DNA from: the human T2T-CHM13v2.0 reference genome, Homo sapiens
Strand: one strand, 5' to 3'
Length of the DNA stretch: 64,000 nucleotides
NCBI RefSeq assembly: GCF_009914755.1
Contig: NC_060927.1
Of this stretch, positions 25,833-40,369 are shown piece after piece. The notes under the pieces are model-generated. The model did no database searches. It had not been told where the DNA came from and saw nothing but the letters and a program-made list of their open reading frames with translations. Within the stretch, counting starts at the first letter, position 1. Each line of letters opens with the position of its first letter. A program made the position numbers and the translations under genes.

Positions 25833-27446
25833 TACGTATGGGTTTTTGTGTGACCATAACTCTCTCATTTATTTGAGACAAATGTCAATAGTACAACTGC
25901 TGGAGCATATAGTAGCTGTATGTTTAATTTTTAAAGCAAAAGCCAAAATTATTTTCCAAAATGGCTATACAATTTTACATTCCCACCAACAAAGTATGAA
26001 TTATTCAGATTCTTCACATCCTTCTCATCATTTGGTGTTGCCATATTTTTTATTTTAGCCATTTTGATAAGTGTGTGGTGATCTCTCATTGTGGCTTTAA
26101 TTTGCATTTCCCTAAACGGCTAGTGATGTTAAACATCTTTTACTTAACATCTATATAACCTCGTCAGTGAAATGGTTGGTTCTTTTGTCCATTTTAAAAT
26201 TAGATTGTTTTTTGCTGGTGAGTCTTGAGAGTCCTTTATACATTCTAGCTATCACTCCTTTGCCTGATTTGTAGTTTCTCTCACTCTGTACCCTGTCTTT
26301 TCATCCTTTTCACAGGTCTTTTGCAAAGCAGAAGTTTTTAATTTTGATGAAGTCAATTTATTGACTTTTCCTTTTACGGACCATGCTTTTGATGTCAAGC
26401 CTAAGGACACTTTGCCTAACCCTAGATCATGAAGACTTTTTTCTAAAAAGTTTTACAGTTTTACATTTACATTTAAGTCTGTGATTCATTTGAAGTTAAT
26501 TTTTATACCAGGTGTTAGACGTAGGTCAATGTTTAATTTTTTCTTTTTGTGCATGCATGTCCAACTGCTGCAAACCTCTTTGACACCAACCCCACTGGGA
26601 GGAGGAGGGACCCCTTGTTACTCTTGGGTGGGTGTGGAAAGCCAGACTCTCCATGTGGACTCTACTGAAACCCAGAGTGAGAGGTGGCTCCTTACTGGTC
26701 AGGGGATATGAAAAGCTCAGCTCCATCCTTGGCCTCCTCTGACACCATCTTGGCAAGGGATACTGTGTTGCGTCATTGCAGCCACATGAGTGTAGAAGTC
26801 TGGGCTCCACACTTGACCTTTGCTGGCACGAGTGGAGTTGTAGCCAGTTTTGTTTGTTTGTTTGTTTTCCCCTGTGGTATTTGGCTGGTCTAGTGTGGTT
26901 ATTGTTTAAAAAATTTTTTGTCTTCCTATTCTGCCTCTTTTTTGGTCTTTTGGCTTTAGAAGGCAGGCTTTTGTTGAGGCTTCCTTTGTCTGTGTCCATT
27001 GGCATTTTCAGATTGCTGGCTTCCTCAACTCTGGGATATACGAGACAAAAAGAACACCCAGGGAACTTATGGCCATGCTGTTCCTTACATCCTGAGGTCC
27101 CTACCTAGTCTGTTCTTCTCTCCAACTTTCAGAATCTTTTTGGGTTTGTTTTATATGGAATATTCAGGGGTTTTAGTTGTGTTTTTCTAGAAGTATAGGG
27201 ACAAATATGTGTATTCCATCTCCTCAAAAGTGGATTTCCCCAAGTTAGATTTTTAAGTAAAACTTGATGGTCTAGAAAACACGTGATGTTTATTCTGGCA
27301 GGCAATTATTATTTTAATATGCTCTTCAAAGTCCATAGCACAAGTCTATAGCGAAGACAGATGCATCAATAAATTACAGAATTTTAATGTTGATGATTAA
27401 ATTAAGAGAAAAAAACTGGTCTTTATCAGTTGTATAATCTGCCTGT

Positions 27447-27466
27447 ATAATGACACCTAGTGGAGA
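27447..27466 (-). promoter_or_regulatory. candidate CTCF motif
   Basis: Minus strand TCCACTAGGTGTCA resembles the CCACYAGRKGGCR core. Confidence 0.3.
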
Positions 27467-28337
27467 GAATGTAAATGATACTATGTTTCTCTCTGACTTC
27501 ATATTCCTCTACATTTGTAGTACAGTGTTTCTCATGCAGTTGGTTTTATTGACATCTCCAGCTCACCTGGCTGCATGACAAAGCCATGGTCTTTTTGACC
27601 TGCAAGCTTCTGACAGGCTACAAATATTTATTGAATGCACCACAGGGTAGAGACTTTTGCTGGGTGCTTAGCAGACTAGCAGGAGCCGGTGTACTATGGC
27701 CCTCAGCCTCCCCAGGGCAAGGACTGTCAGAGAGCTAAAGGGTGTACAGGTATTTTAGGTTAGAAGAAAATGCCCCGGAAATGCCTTTCTTCAACAAAGT
27801 TCTTTTGAAGCTTGGTTTGAGTATTATCTTAAGAAAATAAAAATAAGTACACTCACCTTAATTGATGAGGAATCTCTCTTTGACATGGAAATGAAAGAGA
27901 AAAAAGAGTAATGCCTCAGTTTTGTGGGCTCTGTGACAAAACCTGAGTTTTCCCATGAGGTTCTTCCATAAGAAGGGGACCTATGTCTTTTTCATGCATG
28001 TGTCCCAAGTGCCTACCATGATGCCTGGCACAGAGTAAGGGCCGAAATCCATCTATGTCACGCTGAATGAACCATGTATTAAACGAATCATGTATTAAAC
28101 CCTGTGTAGACCTTGAAAAGAGAGTTCCAGGGAACTGTATTTTGTAAATCCAAAAGAATAATTAAATCTTTAAAAAAATAAAAAGATAAAAAGAAAAGAA
28201 GGAAAGTCAAGATACAGAAACCAAAGACCATTAAGACCAGTAAGTTTCATAAGATAATCATAGGACTGTGGCAGCTCCGCAGATACAAGTTAGAGTGATC
28301 AAAAGAAAAATAGGCCCTCAAAAAAATGGAAGACCTA

Positions 28338-28797
28338 GAGATCCTTGACCAAACTTTAGTCAAGCTCCTCTGAGCCCTCTTTGCGTCGATGTTGACTTTG
28401 CTCTGCCACCTCCACAACCCATTCCCCTTGCAGGGCTTGCACAGATCACTTTTAGCAAGAATCTTGCTAAGCCAGTTTAGAGGGAATCCTCTAACCCTCA
28501 CTATCCAATCACCCTCAATAGCTGATCAAATTTCTCATCCCGCACCACCTCAACCATAATATCTGTTCACTCTGGCTTGTCTTCAGCAGGAATCCTGTTA
28601 GGTTAGTTTAGCAAGAATCCCCCTATCGTTGGTGTTTCCTCTCAATAATTTTCCATACACTGACTGTGCTTTCCACCCAGTGTCTCTAAATCTCCACTTG
28701 TTCTTGTTGCATTCAGAGTTGAGCCCAATCTCTCTTCCCTATTGCGATAGTCTTGACATTGTTTTAACAAGTACCGGGATAATTTTTTTGTTTACTA
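28338..28797 (+). mobile_element. MER31-like ERV1 solo LTR
   Basis: TCCTTGACCAAACTTTAGTCAAGCTCCTCTGAGCCCTCTT, repeated TTTAGCAAGAATC, GAGTTGAGCCCAATCTCTC. Confidence 0.75.
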
Positions 28798-29761
28798 GTG
28801 GACTAGAGAGGCTTCCTCTTTCCTCCATCCCTCTCTTATTATATTTCTTTCTTTTACCTCTAATAGTTAGAAAAACTGAAGAGATAAGCATCTCTCTCAT
28901 CAACAGGCAGAACTGCTCCTTGTTCCCCATAGATCTTTCCTTTTAGCTGCATATCACATAAAACCCTACCTGTTGTGTCAGGAAGAATGTGGTGCTAAGT
29001 ACTCTCAAGCACACAGATTTTAGAGGCTTCTTCATTCTTCCTGACTTTTTAGGATTCTTTTGCACTGCTGGGAAGATGGAATTGGGAAGTACATTTTTAT
29101 ACTTAAAAGGTCTGTATCCTGGGTTAGACTCCAAAGGGGGTGCAAGAATAATCACATTGAAAGAGGCAAGGTGGGGAGGGGTGTGTTAGGTACTTCTTTT
29201 ATTTTCCTGGAAGCCAGAAAGCAGCCAGAGGCTGGCATCTTGCTGCGATATAGAAACGGTTTGAAAAGGGATGTCCTCTTACCCTTTCCTTGCTGTTATG
29301 TAAGTTAAACTAAAATTGGGGCACCTGGGATTTGCTGCACCTTTCCATTCCCTTTGGTTTTCTTCAGTGGTGACCAAACACTCCAGTGAAGTTTGACATT
29401 CCTAACTTTTCTGAGACAACTCCCATGCTATTCAAGATGGCTAACTCAGCTCACTTATATTGGGCAATATCTTGCTGATGACTGAGGTGATAAATATAGA
29501 AGTAGAGAAATGAGATGGAGTTTCTCCAGTGTCTGCTTGCCTAGTTGTAAAAGGTGTTGTTGACTACAGAATTTTTCTGCTGGAAAAGACCTTTGATATC
29601 AACTAGGTCAGTTCCTTCCTTTTTTATAGATGGGAAAAAGAATTTTAGAGAGGTGAAACAATATAACTTAGATTTCCCAGCAGTTAAAGGCTGGAATGAT
29701 TTAAGAATCTGTAACTTCTTACTCAGGATTTTCTTCCCATCGGTGTACATAAAGCTCCTGA

Positions 29762-30127
<366 letters not shown>

Positions 30128-33100
30128 TGACTTTGGCCTAGAAGGAACAGTGCTTAACATATAAGTTACCAGAAATGCCTTGCAAAGGCCATCCTGTTTT
30201 CAGTCAGACTCACTTGGCAGAGCATGAGTGAGATTTTTTTTTACTTTATAGATGAATAGGCTACATCTGAAATGTGGAATATTAAAGCTTAAGTCCAACA
30301 CCGATCATTCAATAGAGAGATAAATGCAAGCAGACAAAGAAGGCCACAGAGAGTGCTTGGCCCCACCTTAGGGGATATCTCCCACCTGCCTTTTCTCTTC
30401 AAAGCCTGCTGCTTAATCAGCTGGGGTGTGAGCAGTAGAGGGATTCAGAATGAAAAACAATGGAGAGCTGCAAGGGGCTCAGCAGCCAAGATAAAAACAG
30501 ACAGATGTTTATGCAATGGGACATGAAATTCAACACATATGAAACGTACAATAAGCAGATAGAAATTTAATATACCTGCCAAATGTCACCTCTTCACCTC
30601 AAGTGTAAATTCCCATCATTTAACAGATCTTAACTGTTCTGTATAGCTCAGATCAAGAGAAAAGAGGCCCAATCACTTATAATACTGATATATAGGTATA
30701 TCACATTAAGAAAAATCTCCATGGTGTTTTGTGGTAGTCACCTTTACCTTCTCTTGCACTTATTTCATTCACTCATTTATTCATCCATCCATTCTTTCAT
30801 TCATTTTAAATCCAACTTTCCAGGTATTGTAGCCTATAGGAACTTGAAAATATTTCTTGAGTAAAGAAACAGATGAATGTAATTTCATTTATTTCTCATG
30901 ATAACAATCTGATCAAGTAGATACTATTCTTCTATTGCAGATGGGAAAATTAAAGCTGTGAGATTTTGTCACTTGCCTAAGGTCAGGAATCATATTCAAG
31001 TCTATCTCTCTATCTCTGTCACCCAAGCGTTACACACATTGCATGAATGCCTTTATATTTCTGAAATCCTGGGGAGGATAGAAATAGAAAGTAGTAGGTT
31101 GGAAAGTAAGTGGTAATAGTCTCCTTACAAAGGCTAGCTTCATTTTTCTATGAATGAGATCCCTAATGTGTATATTATGAAAAAGTCTAAGTAAGAGGAC
31201 AATAGTTCTGCAAAATACCAAGCAGAGGAACAAGGGCCTCTGCTAATCAGTTCCTGAAACTTGCCTGGGGCTTGCAGCTGGAAAGAAGGAAAAGATTGCA
31301 TCCCAAGGCACAAAATGACTTACTGCAGATGGTTTCAGATATTTCCTAGGTTGGGAAACTTAAGAGAAAAATAAAATATTAAGGTGAGGGTTGAACTAGG
31401 ACATTAAACAATGCTCAATAGCTTTGGGCAATCCCTCGACACTTGCTTCCATACTTCTTACTTGCAAGCAACCTTTCCCTTTCTACCACTTTAGCCTATT
31501 GTTTATTACGTACCTTTGCTTCTATATTGTTGCTGCCTTCTGAAATAAAATGTTTCAGTCCAGAGATCATAGAACTTCTGGAGTAACAGGACCCATCTCT
31601 CAGTGATTTCCTCTTTATCACTTTTCCAGAGGTAGCTCCATTACCACCCCTGATTCCTTCCGGATACTTTTAAAACTTACTTTTACTTTTACTTTTTCCT
31701 ACTCTCAGAAACTGCATAACTCATATCTTTTATTTTTCAGCATCCCTAAAGGTCATTATATATTTAAATATTTTCCAATTTATTCCATCCCTTCCCATTT
31801 TGCATCAAACACTCTTTTAAATTAATGACCTTTTTTTTTTTTCAAGTTCATAACTACTAAATATCTGAAAACACGCTTTGGAGGAATATAGCACCCCCAG
31901 TAGGGAGATGGGTTAATTTGGTGCCTTTTAGATACTCAAAATGGAATGGGATTTTCTTCACTTTTTCCATTTTTACAATTTGCTTGAAAAATTATAAAAC
32001 ACTTTATTGAGCATAGTACATTAACCTTGCAAATATGCTAGTAAATCTGCTGCCTCACCAACTTCCATAAATATAAAAATTATCTCTGTCCTTCAGAAAG
32101 ATTTTAATTACATACTATTATTTTCTGAAAGCACCTCCTGTTTCAAATTGAAACAGTCCTTAAAATGCAAGTACCCTTCAGTTAAAGTTCCATGAGAAGC
32201 AGAGCAGAAATCGGGGCCAGTGCTGTGGCTGTGGGCAGGGGTCAGGTCAGGTTCAACTGCACATTTTTATCTACTGACCTCTCTGGCCCTCTGATCCTTC
32301 AGGTCACTGGCCATTGCTTCTTACTGGGGGACAAAGAAGGATTTTTATTTTTCCAGTGCCATTAAGACCCTGGGTCTATTAGTAGCTTCTTACGTAGGGA
32401 GATTACTAGCACATATCTAGGATAAGACCACATTATTCCAAATGATGCAAAGGTTATGGATTATTCTTCTTGGCCTGGATAAAAAATAGCCAAGGGAAAT
32501 GAAATGTACAAGATTTCTCCCAAAGCTGAGAAATGAATGATGTTATCTGTTATGATATTTACATGTTCTTTCAGTAAAACAAATCCAGATTCAATCATTC
32601 AGGCAACACTTTCTGAAATCATGATAACCTCTTAGAATAGCCTGCTAAATTTTGAGGTGGGAGAAGGGGGCATTTTGTTATCTCTCTGGCCAAGACTGTT
32701 ACCTACATCAGTCTCTCACTGGCATGGCTGTGATGGAAAGCACAGGAACCAGCCCCACAGTCAGCCCAATTATTCTGGCCCTGACTATGGCTTTGGCTGA
32801 GTGATGATGAACTGCAACTCTCAGTGGCTGCTTTGCTCAGAGTAAATCCCTCGATAGCTTCATTTTTAGATTAGGGACAAAATCTTAAAGAACAGGTTTT
32901 TTTTTTTTTTTTGTCCCTGCTTCATGGTACTTATAGCTCAGAGAGATGGGAGGTACTCTTAACTGTCTCAAAAAGACTTTGGAATGAGTTAAATTTGGCC
33001 AGATCAGATAATGCTATCATTTATGTAGCGTTTTCTGTGTGCCAACCTTTGTGCTAAATTCCTTACATGTATTTTTCTCATTTAATCTTGTAACAATCCT

Positions 33101-33788
33101 ATGAAATAGAGGCTAAATGATTGCCTGAGGCTACAAAACTGGCATAGGGAAAACTCAGACCTAATGGACTCACACCTCTAATCTTAACACTATCTACAAT
33201 ATCTCTTGGGAGATGGACTAAGAGAGATGAAATTTCTGCTCTAGAAGAGTTGATGCTTCTCTACTTCCTGTAGGGCAGACCACACAGCACTTGAAAAATT
33301 ATGCTTCCTCCCTCCCCACTCCTCACCCCCACTGTCCTGCCGGATATTGGGTTGTCAATAGGACATTCTAAATTTAGCTTCCTGAATCTAGAAATTAAAT
33401 GACAACATGATCCATTCAGAGTCCTGTTTCTATAGGCCTGGGCTTTTTTGGCCCTAAGGGCAAAAGAGTTGCAGGTGACGTTTCTTGTGCTTGCCAGACT
33501 CATGAATGCATAGTCTAGGAAGATTTAATAACTAGATAGCTTCTCAACTAGTTAAAGCAGCTTAATCATACCAGCTGAGAAAGAGGGTATAAGTGCCTTA
33601 CATCAGGCCCAGGCTTCTGCTGGCCAACACTTTGTTTTCACTGTAATTCTAGAGGTCAGGTTTGGGTTGAGCATGTATGTGCATAGGTAAACGTGGTGTG
33701 TATGTATAAATGAGTGTGAATGGGGGTCTGGGGTGTGAACATTATCATCTCTTGCTTGTTTCTTTCTTTTCTGCATATGAAACTGTGA

Positions 33789-34098
<310 letters not shown>

Positions 34099-37000
34099 CT
34101 TTGACTACTTTAGATACCAATATAACTGAAGTAGCATTTGTCATTTTGTGACTGGCTAATTTCATTTAGCATAACATCCTCAAGCTCCAACCATCTTGTA
34201 ACTTAGAATTTCCTTCCTTGTCAGTAACTGAATAATATTCTCTTGCATATATACCACATTTTTCTTATCCTTTCAATGAATATTTAGGGTGTTTCTACCT
34301 CCTGGCTATTACAAATAATGTTGCAATAAACATGGCAGTAGAGATATCTCTTAAAGATCCTGATTTCAATTCTTTTGTATAAATACTCAGAAGTGAGATC
34401 ACTGGATCATATGATAACTCTTAATTTTTACATTGTTTTGAGGAACCTCTTTACTGGTTTCCATACTGGCTGCACCATTTTACTTTCCCACCAACAGTGC
34501 ACAAGTTTTCTAACTTCTCTACATCCTATCCAACACTTGTTATTTTCTATTTTTTCCTCTCTCTCTCTCTTTTTTTAATATGACCATTCCAACAAGTGTG
34601 GGACAATGTTTCATTTTGGTTTTGATTTGCATTTTCCTAATTATTGGTGATGTTGAACATCTTACATATACCTGTTGGCTTCTTGTATGTCTTCTTCAGA
34701 GAAATGTCTATTCCAGTTCTTTGCCCATTTCTTAGATCAGGTTTTTTGTTATTGAGTTCAATATTCTTCAATTTGTGAAGGCTTGTTTGTGACATATTAT
34801 GGGATTTATCCTGGACAATGGTTCATGTGCACTTGAAAAGAATGTGTATTCTGTTGCTGTTGGGTGGGGTATTCTGTATATGTCTGTTAGGTCCATTTGG
34901 GCAATAGTGTCTTTCAAATCCTCTGTTTTCTTATTCATCTTGTATATGGATGTTCTATCCATTATTTTAAGTGGAGTATTGAAATGCCCTACTATTACTG
35001 CATTGCTGTCTATTTCTCCCTTTTGTTCTATCAATATTTGCTTCATATTTTTGGGTTCTCTGATGTTGGGTGCATATATATATATATATTAATTGTTATA
35101 TCTTCCTGGTGAATTGACAGTTTTATCATTATATAATGTTCTTCTTTGTCTCTTTTGACAGTTTTTGATTTAAAGTCTATTTTGACTAATATAAATATGG
35201 CCACTCCTGCTCTCTTTCAGTTACTATTTTCATGGAATATCTTTTTCCATCCTTTCACTTTCAGCCTGTATGTGTCCTTAAATCTAAAGTAAATGTTTTG
35301 TTGATAGCATATAGTTAGATCTCATTTTTCTATCCATTCAGTCATTCTATATTTTTTGAGTGGTGAATTTAATTAATTAACTTTCAAGTAATTATTGATA
35401 ATGAACTATCACCATTTTGCCCATTGTTTTCTGCCTTGTAGCTCTTTTATCCTTCATTTCTTCTTGTTGTTTTCCTTTATGTTTCATTGATCTTGTAGTG
35501 ACATGCATTGATTCTTTTCTCATTTTCCTTTGTGTATCTTCTAGAGATATTTTCTTTGTGCCTACAAAAAGCATCTTATAACAATCTATTTTAAGCTGAC
35601 AATTCTATTGCATACAAATTCTCCATACTTTCATTTCTCCCCTCCACACATACGCATGTTATTGATGCCACAAATTATATCCTTTTATAGCATTATTCAT
35701 TAATGTATTTTTATAATTATAATTATTCTTATACATTTTAACTTCTATCAGAATAAAAAGTGATTTATGTACTGCCATTGCAGTATTACAGTATTCTGTA
35801 TTTATTAATATATTTACCCTTACCAGTGAGCTTTATACTTTCATATGCTTTGATGTTGTCATATGGCATTCTCTTACTTAAACTTCAACTAATTTGAAGT
35901 TTTTAGCTTTCTTATAAGGTAGGTCTAGCACTGCTGAACTCCCTTAATTTTTGTTTATATGCAATGTCCTTATTTCTGTTTAATTTTTAAGGAATATTTC
36001 TGCTGAATATAGTATTCTTTACTGATAGGATTTTTTTCTGTTAGTACTTCACATAGGTCATCTCACACTCTTCTAGCTTGCAAGGTTATTGTCAAGAAAT
36101 CTGCTAATAATCTTATGATTACTCCCTTGTATGTGATATATTGCATTTCTCTTGCTCCTTTCAAAATTTTATCTGTTTCTGACTTTTGGCAATTTGCTTA
36201 TAAAATGCCTTGGTGTGAATTTTTGTTTGTAAAATACTGCAGTGTGAATTTCTTTGAATTTATCTTAGTTGAAGTTCATTGGGCTTCTTGAATCTGGATG
36301 CTGATTTTTTCCTCCAGACTTGGGGAGTTTTCATTCATTATTTCTTTTAACAAGCTTTTTGCTTCCTTCTCTCCTCCTTCTGGAATTTCCATAATGCCTA
36401 TATTGCTTGATGAAGTCCCATAAGTGCCTTAGGTTTTCTTTACTTTTTTAGTTCCTTGTTTTCTTTTTGTTCTTCTGACTAGATCTTTTCAAATAACCTG
36501 TCTTTGAGTTCATGGATTCTTTCTTCTGCCTGGTCAAATCTACTATTGACTATCTCTAATGAATATTTCAGTTCAGAGCATTCTCCAGCTCCAAAATTTG
36601 TTTGGTTTTCAAATATATATATTTCTATCTCTTTGTCAACATTCTCATTTTGTTCATCATTATTATTTTGAACTCATAGAACATTTTCATGATGCTTATT
36701 TTGAATTCTTTGTCAGGTGATTCATATACTTCCATTTTTAAATTATTAATTTCTGAAGATTTATATTGTTTCTTTCCTTGGGCCATGTTTTCTTGTTTCT
36801 CTGTGTGTCTTACAACTTTTTATTTGGGTCCACACATTTGAAAAGACAGCCATCTTACCCAGTCTCTATAGACTTGCTTTTACTGGGGAAGATCCTCACC
36901 CATCAGTCAGGCTGGGGGTTAAGGGTGCCTCTGAAATCTTTTGGGGAAGATGCCACTTCTCTGTGCTTGTGAGTTTAATTTCTCATGTGAAGAGGAGAGA

Positions 37001-37731
37001 GGTATGCTGGTTTCTTTTGCAGGAGTTTATAATCTCTTCCTCCATCTGGTGTCTGTTGGTGGCACTGCAAGTTCCCTGGTTTTATAGCAGCAGACTACCA
37101 AGCTCTCCCTTTTTCTTAGTAGCTACCAAACATCCAAAGTATGCTGACTTTCTGCCAGCACTGTGAGTGAGGCATTATACCTATCAATTCCTCAGGAAAC
37201 CCTCTGAAAACTTGAACACTGAACACACACTCTGTTACTCTCTCTTAAAAGAGAAGCCTCAAATTGTGTTCTCTTTCCTGACTACAAAAGCTGTAGCAAG
37301 CTGCCTCTTTCCATGCTTCTGTGTTCTCAGTTGCCCAAGACACTCAAACAAGGCCAGTTCTGTTAACACTCTAGGTGAGATGAGACAGAAACCAATCATT
37401 TGGGCAGCCTCCAAAGAGCCAGATTGTTGGACTCACATTCCACTTTTCCTTTTCCCCTTGATGAAGAAATTGCGAGCCAGTGTGTTCTCTTCTGGGGGTT
37501 CTGAGTTGTGTTGGCTTGTGGCAAAGGCTGATGCATATAAAATGAAATTCTTCTTCTTGACCATTTGAGTGCATCTATTTTTGGCTTTGTGCTCACCTAT
37601 GGTGGTGCAACTTCTTAACTGGATTCTGGATTTCTCATAAAGATATTTTGGTGCATATATTGTTAAATCAGTGTTTCTGTGGAAGACAAGGACTGGTACT
37701 TCCTATTTTGCTATCTTGTTGATATCACTCC
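34099..37731 (-). mobile_element. old L1M (L1MB-like) with 5'UTR, ORF1 and endonuclease remnant, and most of ORF2 deleted
   Basis: ORF 34768-35046 (KGEIDSNAVIVGHFNTPL...MDLTDIYR..HPTATEYTFFSSAH) is the L1 endonuclease. It abuts ORF2 C-terminal sequence at ~34758. The 5' terminus on the minus strand reads GGAGTGATATCAACAAGATAGC, like the L1M YY1-site start. Confidence 0.85.
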
Positions 37732-37869
37732 TATGTAAGTCTTAATTTAGATAATCTATGTGAGATGCTTAACATATTTTTGATATATAGTATCTGCTTA
37801 GTATATCCTATTGGCTAATTACTATTATCACAATCATCTTCTCCTTTAAAGAAAATGTATATCATTCCT

Positions 37870-38236
37870 GAATACACTACACTTCCATTTTTTTTATTGT
37901 CTCTCCTACCTGGAATGACTTTTCCTTCCTTTTTTGCCCAGTGAACTCCTACTTAGATTTCTAGAACAAGCCTGAATTTCACCTGCATTGTGAGTTACCA
38001 GAGAATTACTCCCCCTTCTAAAATATTCATAGCACTTTTTTCATTTTTATATTAGCATTCATATAACATTGTATTATAATAGGTTTTTATCATTATGTGT
38101 CTCCAAACATTTTAAGGAGAGGAGCACTACATAAATTTATCTGTTTCTATTCATGATGCCTATTTTTTTTTCTTTTCGTCCAGTATCTAGCAAGGCCATC
38201 AGTATAAAGGGCTTATTAAATGTTTACTGAGTGAAT
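37870..38236 (+). mobile_element. L2 3' end
   Basis: CTACCTGGAATGACTTTTCC, GAACTCCTACTTA, ends TAAATGTTTACTGAGTGAAT. Confidence 0.65.
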
Positions 38237-39080
38237 TGTGTAGAGCAGTTTTGCAACTTTAACTTGAATTCCTAGGAACCTGATCCTAATTCACATTAGC
38301 AAAGATACTAAAGTTTTGAATTTTTTAGTTTGTTTGTTTTTTCTAATCTGGACTTTTTGACTTTAACTAAAATTTTTAGCTGGAGTGAAATGGTAAGCTC
38401 CTTGCCCTTTTAAATCACCATTTGTGCAGCCTTATTCTAATTACCTTAGGCCTCTTCCATTGTGGCCATCTAATCTTCTTTATTTGGATCAGAAGTTCAT
38501 CAATACATATAGTTTCCCTTTTCATCGTCTCTTCTGGTTCTTCTGTGTTTCTTCTACTTATGTCTTTCATTAAATTTTACAATTGCCAATGGACTTATTT
38601 TATAGGCCTCTAGGAAAACAGTGAATACATAGGGTCACAGAGAGAATGTTTGATTGGAAGGGACCTTAAATATTGTCCAAATGTTGCCTTCATATTTACC
38701 AGAGGGATAGAGAAACTTGTCTAAAATCACTTGGACATTTAGAGACAGAGAAGACATTGCCTCATTATATGTTTAAAAGGGAAGCCACTTTTGAAAGATT
38801 ATTTCCTTTTACATAAGATAGGCTGATAAAGTAGGGAGAAAGTTTGTTGTCCTGCAGAATTCTTTGAGTTTTTTAGGAAGGCATTACAGGGAAATACAAT
38901 ATGCTTAAAAATACCTACATTAAAAATTATGCTTAAATAAATGTCGGGTCAAATTGGGGATAATCAGAAGCCCATTTTATTTGAGTCTTTGCAACTAAAG
39001 TCCTCCTAAACATAGGGTCCTACTTCTCCCTTAGTACTACAGTGCACTTAGATCCAGGCTAGAAAATCCCCTACACTTTG

Positions 39081-39704
39081 ACAGGCCCTGCTCTGGCCTT
39101 TCTCTTGCTATGCTCTTTCTTATAAGAAATTCATGAGACCATTGGGACATTCCCTCCCACAGCCAATACCCACTCCACAATACATTCTAGACCATGTTCT
39201 AGGTATATGAGACTCCAAAATTCCCTGCCTGTGGGGCTCATAGTCTGCTCCTTGGTTCTGCCTGGGTTTCCTTCCAAGTCCACTCTTTGAGGGGTAGGCC
39301 ATATCCCAGGTATGTGTGTGTTCCTAGGCCTGGGGGGTGAACAAGGGGGAGCTATTTTTGGAGAGTGTAGAGGGAGCTTGGACACATGGGCTACGGTGTC
39401 CACACATGTGTTCACAAAGCTTCTTGTGCTGTGGGACAAAGTCAAATGTAAAAAGAGGAGAGGGATCACTACAAGCCAGGGTTCAGAATTCAGCTGTTAA
39501 CACTACCACTTTCTGGCACAGAACTCAAAGGTATTCAAGAATTATAAATTCAAACCTGACTTCTATGCCATTTTGGAATAATTTTATAAGTTAGAAGATA
39601 GAATTTTTTAAGCTTGATTTGTAGTTTTAAAGTATGAGGCAGTTAAATGATGGGCCTCCATTTGCAATTTTGCTCCAAGATTCACAAATGTTATAGAAGG
39701 CCCT
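39081..39704. mobile_element. hAT-Tip100 non-autonomous element (MER115-like)
   Basis: AAATTCAAACCTG...AGCTTGATTTGTAG...GGGCCTCCATTTGCAATTTTGCTCC...CAAATGTTA; CAGGCCC/GGCCCT ends. Confidence 0.5.
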
Positions 39705-40369
39705 ATCTGTCTTGGTAATATTAAGTATTATAAAAATACTATATTTGATATTGCAAACTGTATAACAATAAAATTATTTGAGAATGATGGATCAGAGGCA
39801 TTGCAAAAATTTTTGGAGTGTAACTAATATGAACTGACCCTGAAACACATTTTGAAAGTTCTTTGAATTAAACACTGAGTTATTGGCTTATTTATTAAAA
39901 TTTCATTTTTAATTCTAAAAGTGGAATGCCACTGATTGAGTGTTCCAGTTAATTGGGTCAATTAACCTTTTTCTGAATAATATTATTTATTAATGCATAG
40001 AATATGTTGACATGCCTAGTGCAGAAAAACAGGAATATGATGGACTGAATAAATGGAATGGGTTTAATAAGGCAAACCAAAATTGTAAAATAGCATTTAA
40101 CCTTGCTATTTGGGAGAGAACTTCAGATCCAAAGGGAAAAACAATGAAAGAGAATTGAAGAACATTAATGATGATTACATGTGATAGAAAGAAACAGTAA
40201 CAGAGAAGGATAACAGTACATCCTAGAGAGCATTAAAAAGAAAAAAAAACATGTAAGGGAGTTTGCTAAACTGTTATGTGAGATGTATGAAGAAGTACAG
40301 AAAACAGGTGTCTGGAGATGGGCACATGCTGCCTCCATGATCATAAAGGGAACCTCTGTCTTAATTCTG

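Larger units (their letters stand above)
24641..27240 (-). mobile_element. L1MC-type LINE-1 with both 5' and 3' ends and a large internal deletion
   Basis: 3' end ATTCACATGCAGTTTTAAGAAATAATACAGAGA; ORF2 3' part to ~26575; then 5'UTR-like sequence ending TTCCATCTCCTCAAAAGTGGA; TSD-like CCCATTTGATTTTTT / CCCAAGTTAGATTTTT. Confidence 0.7.
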
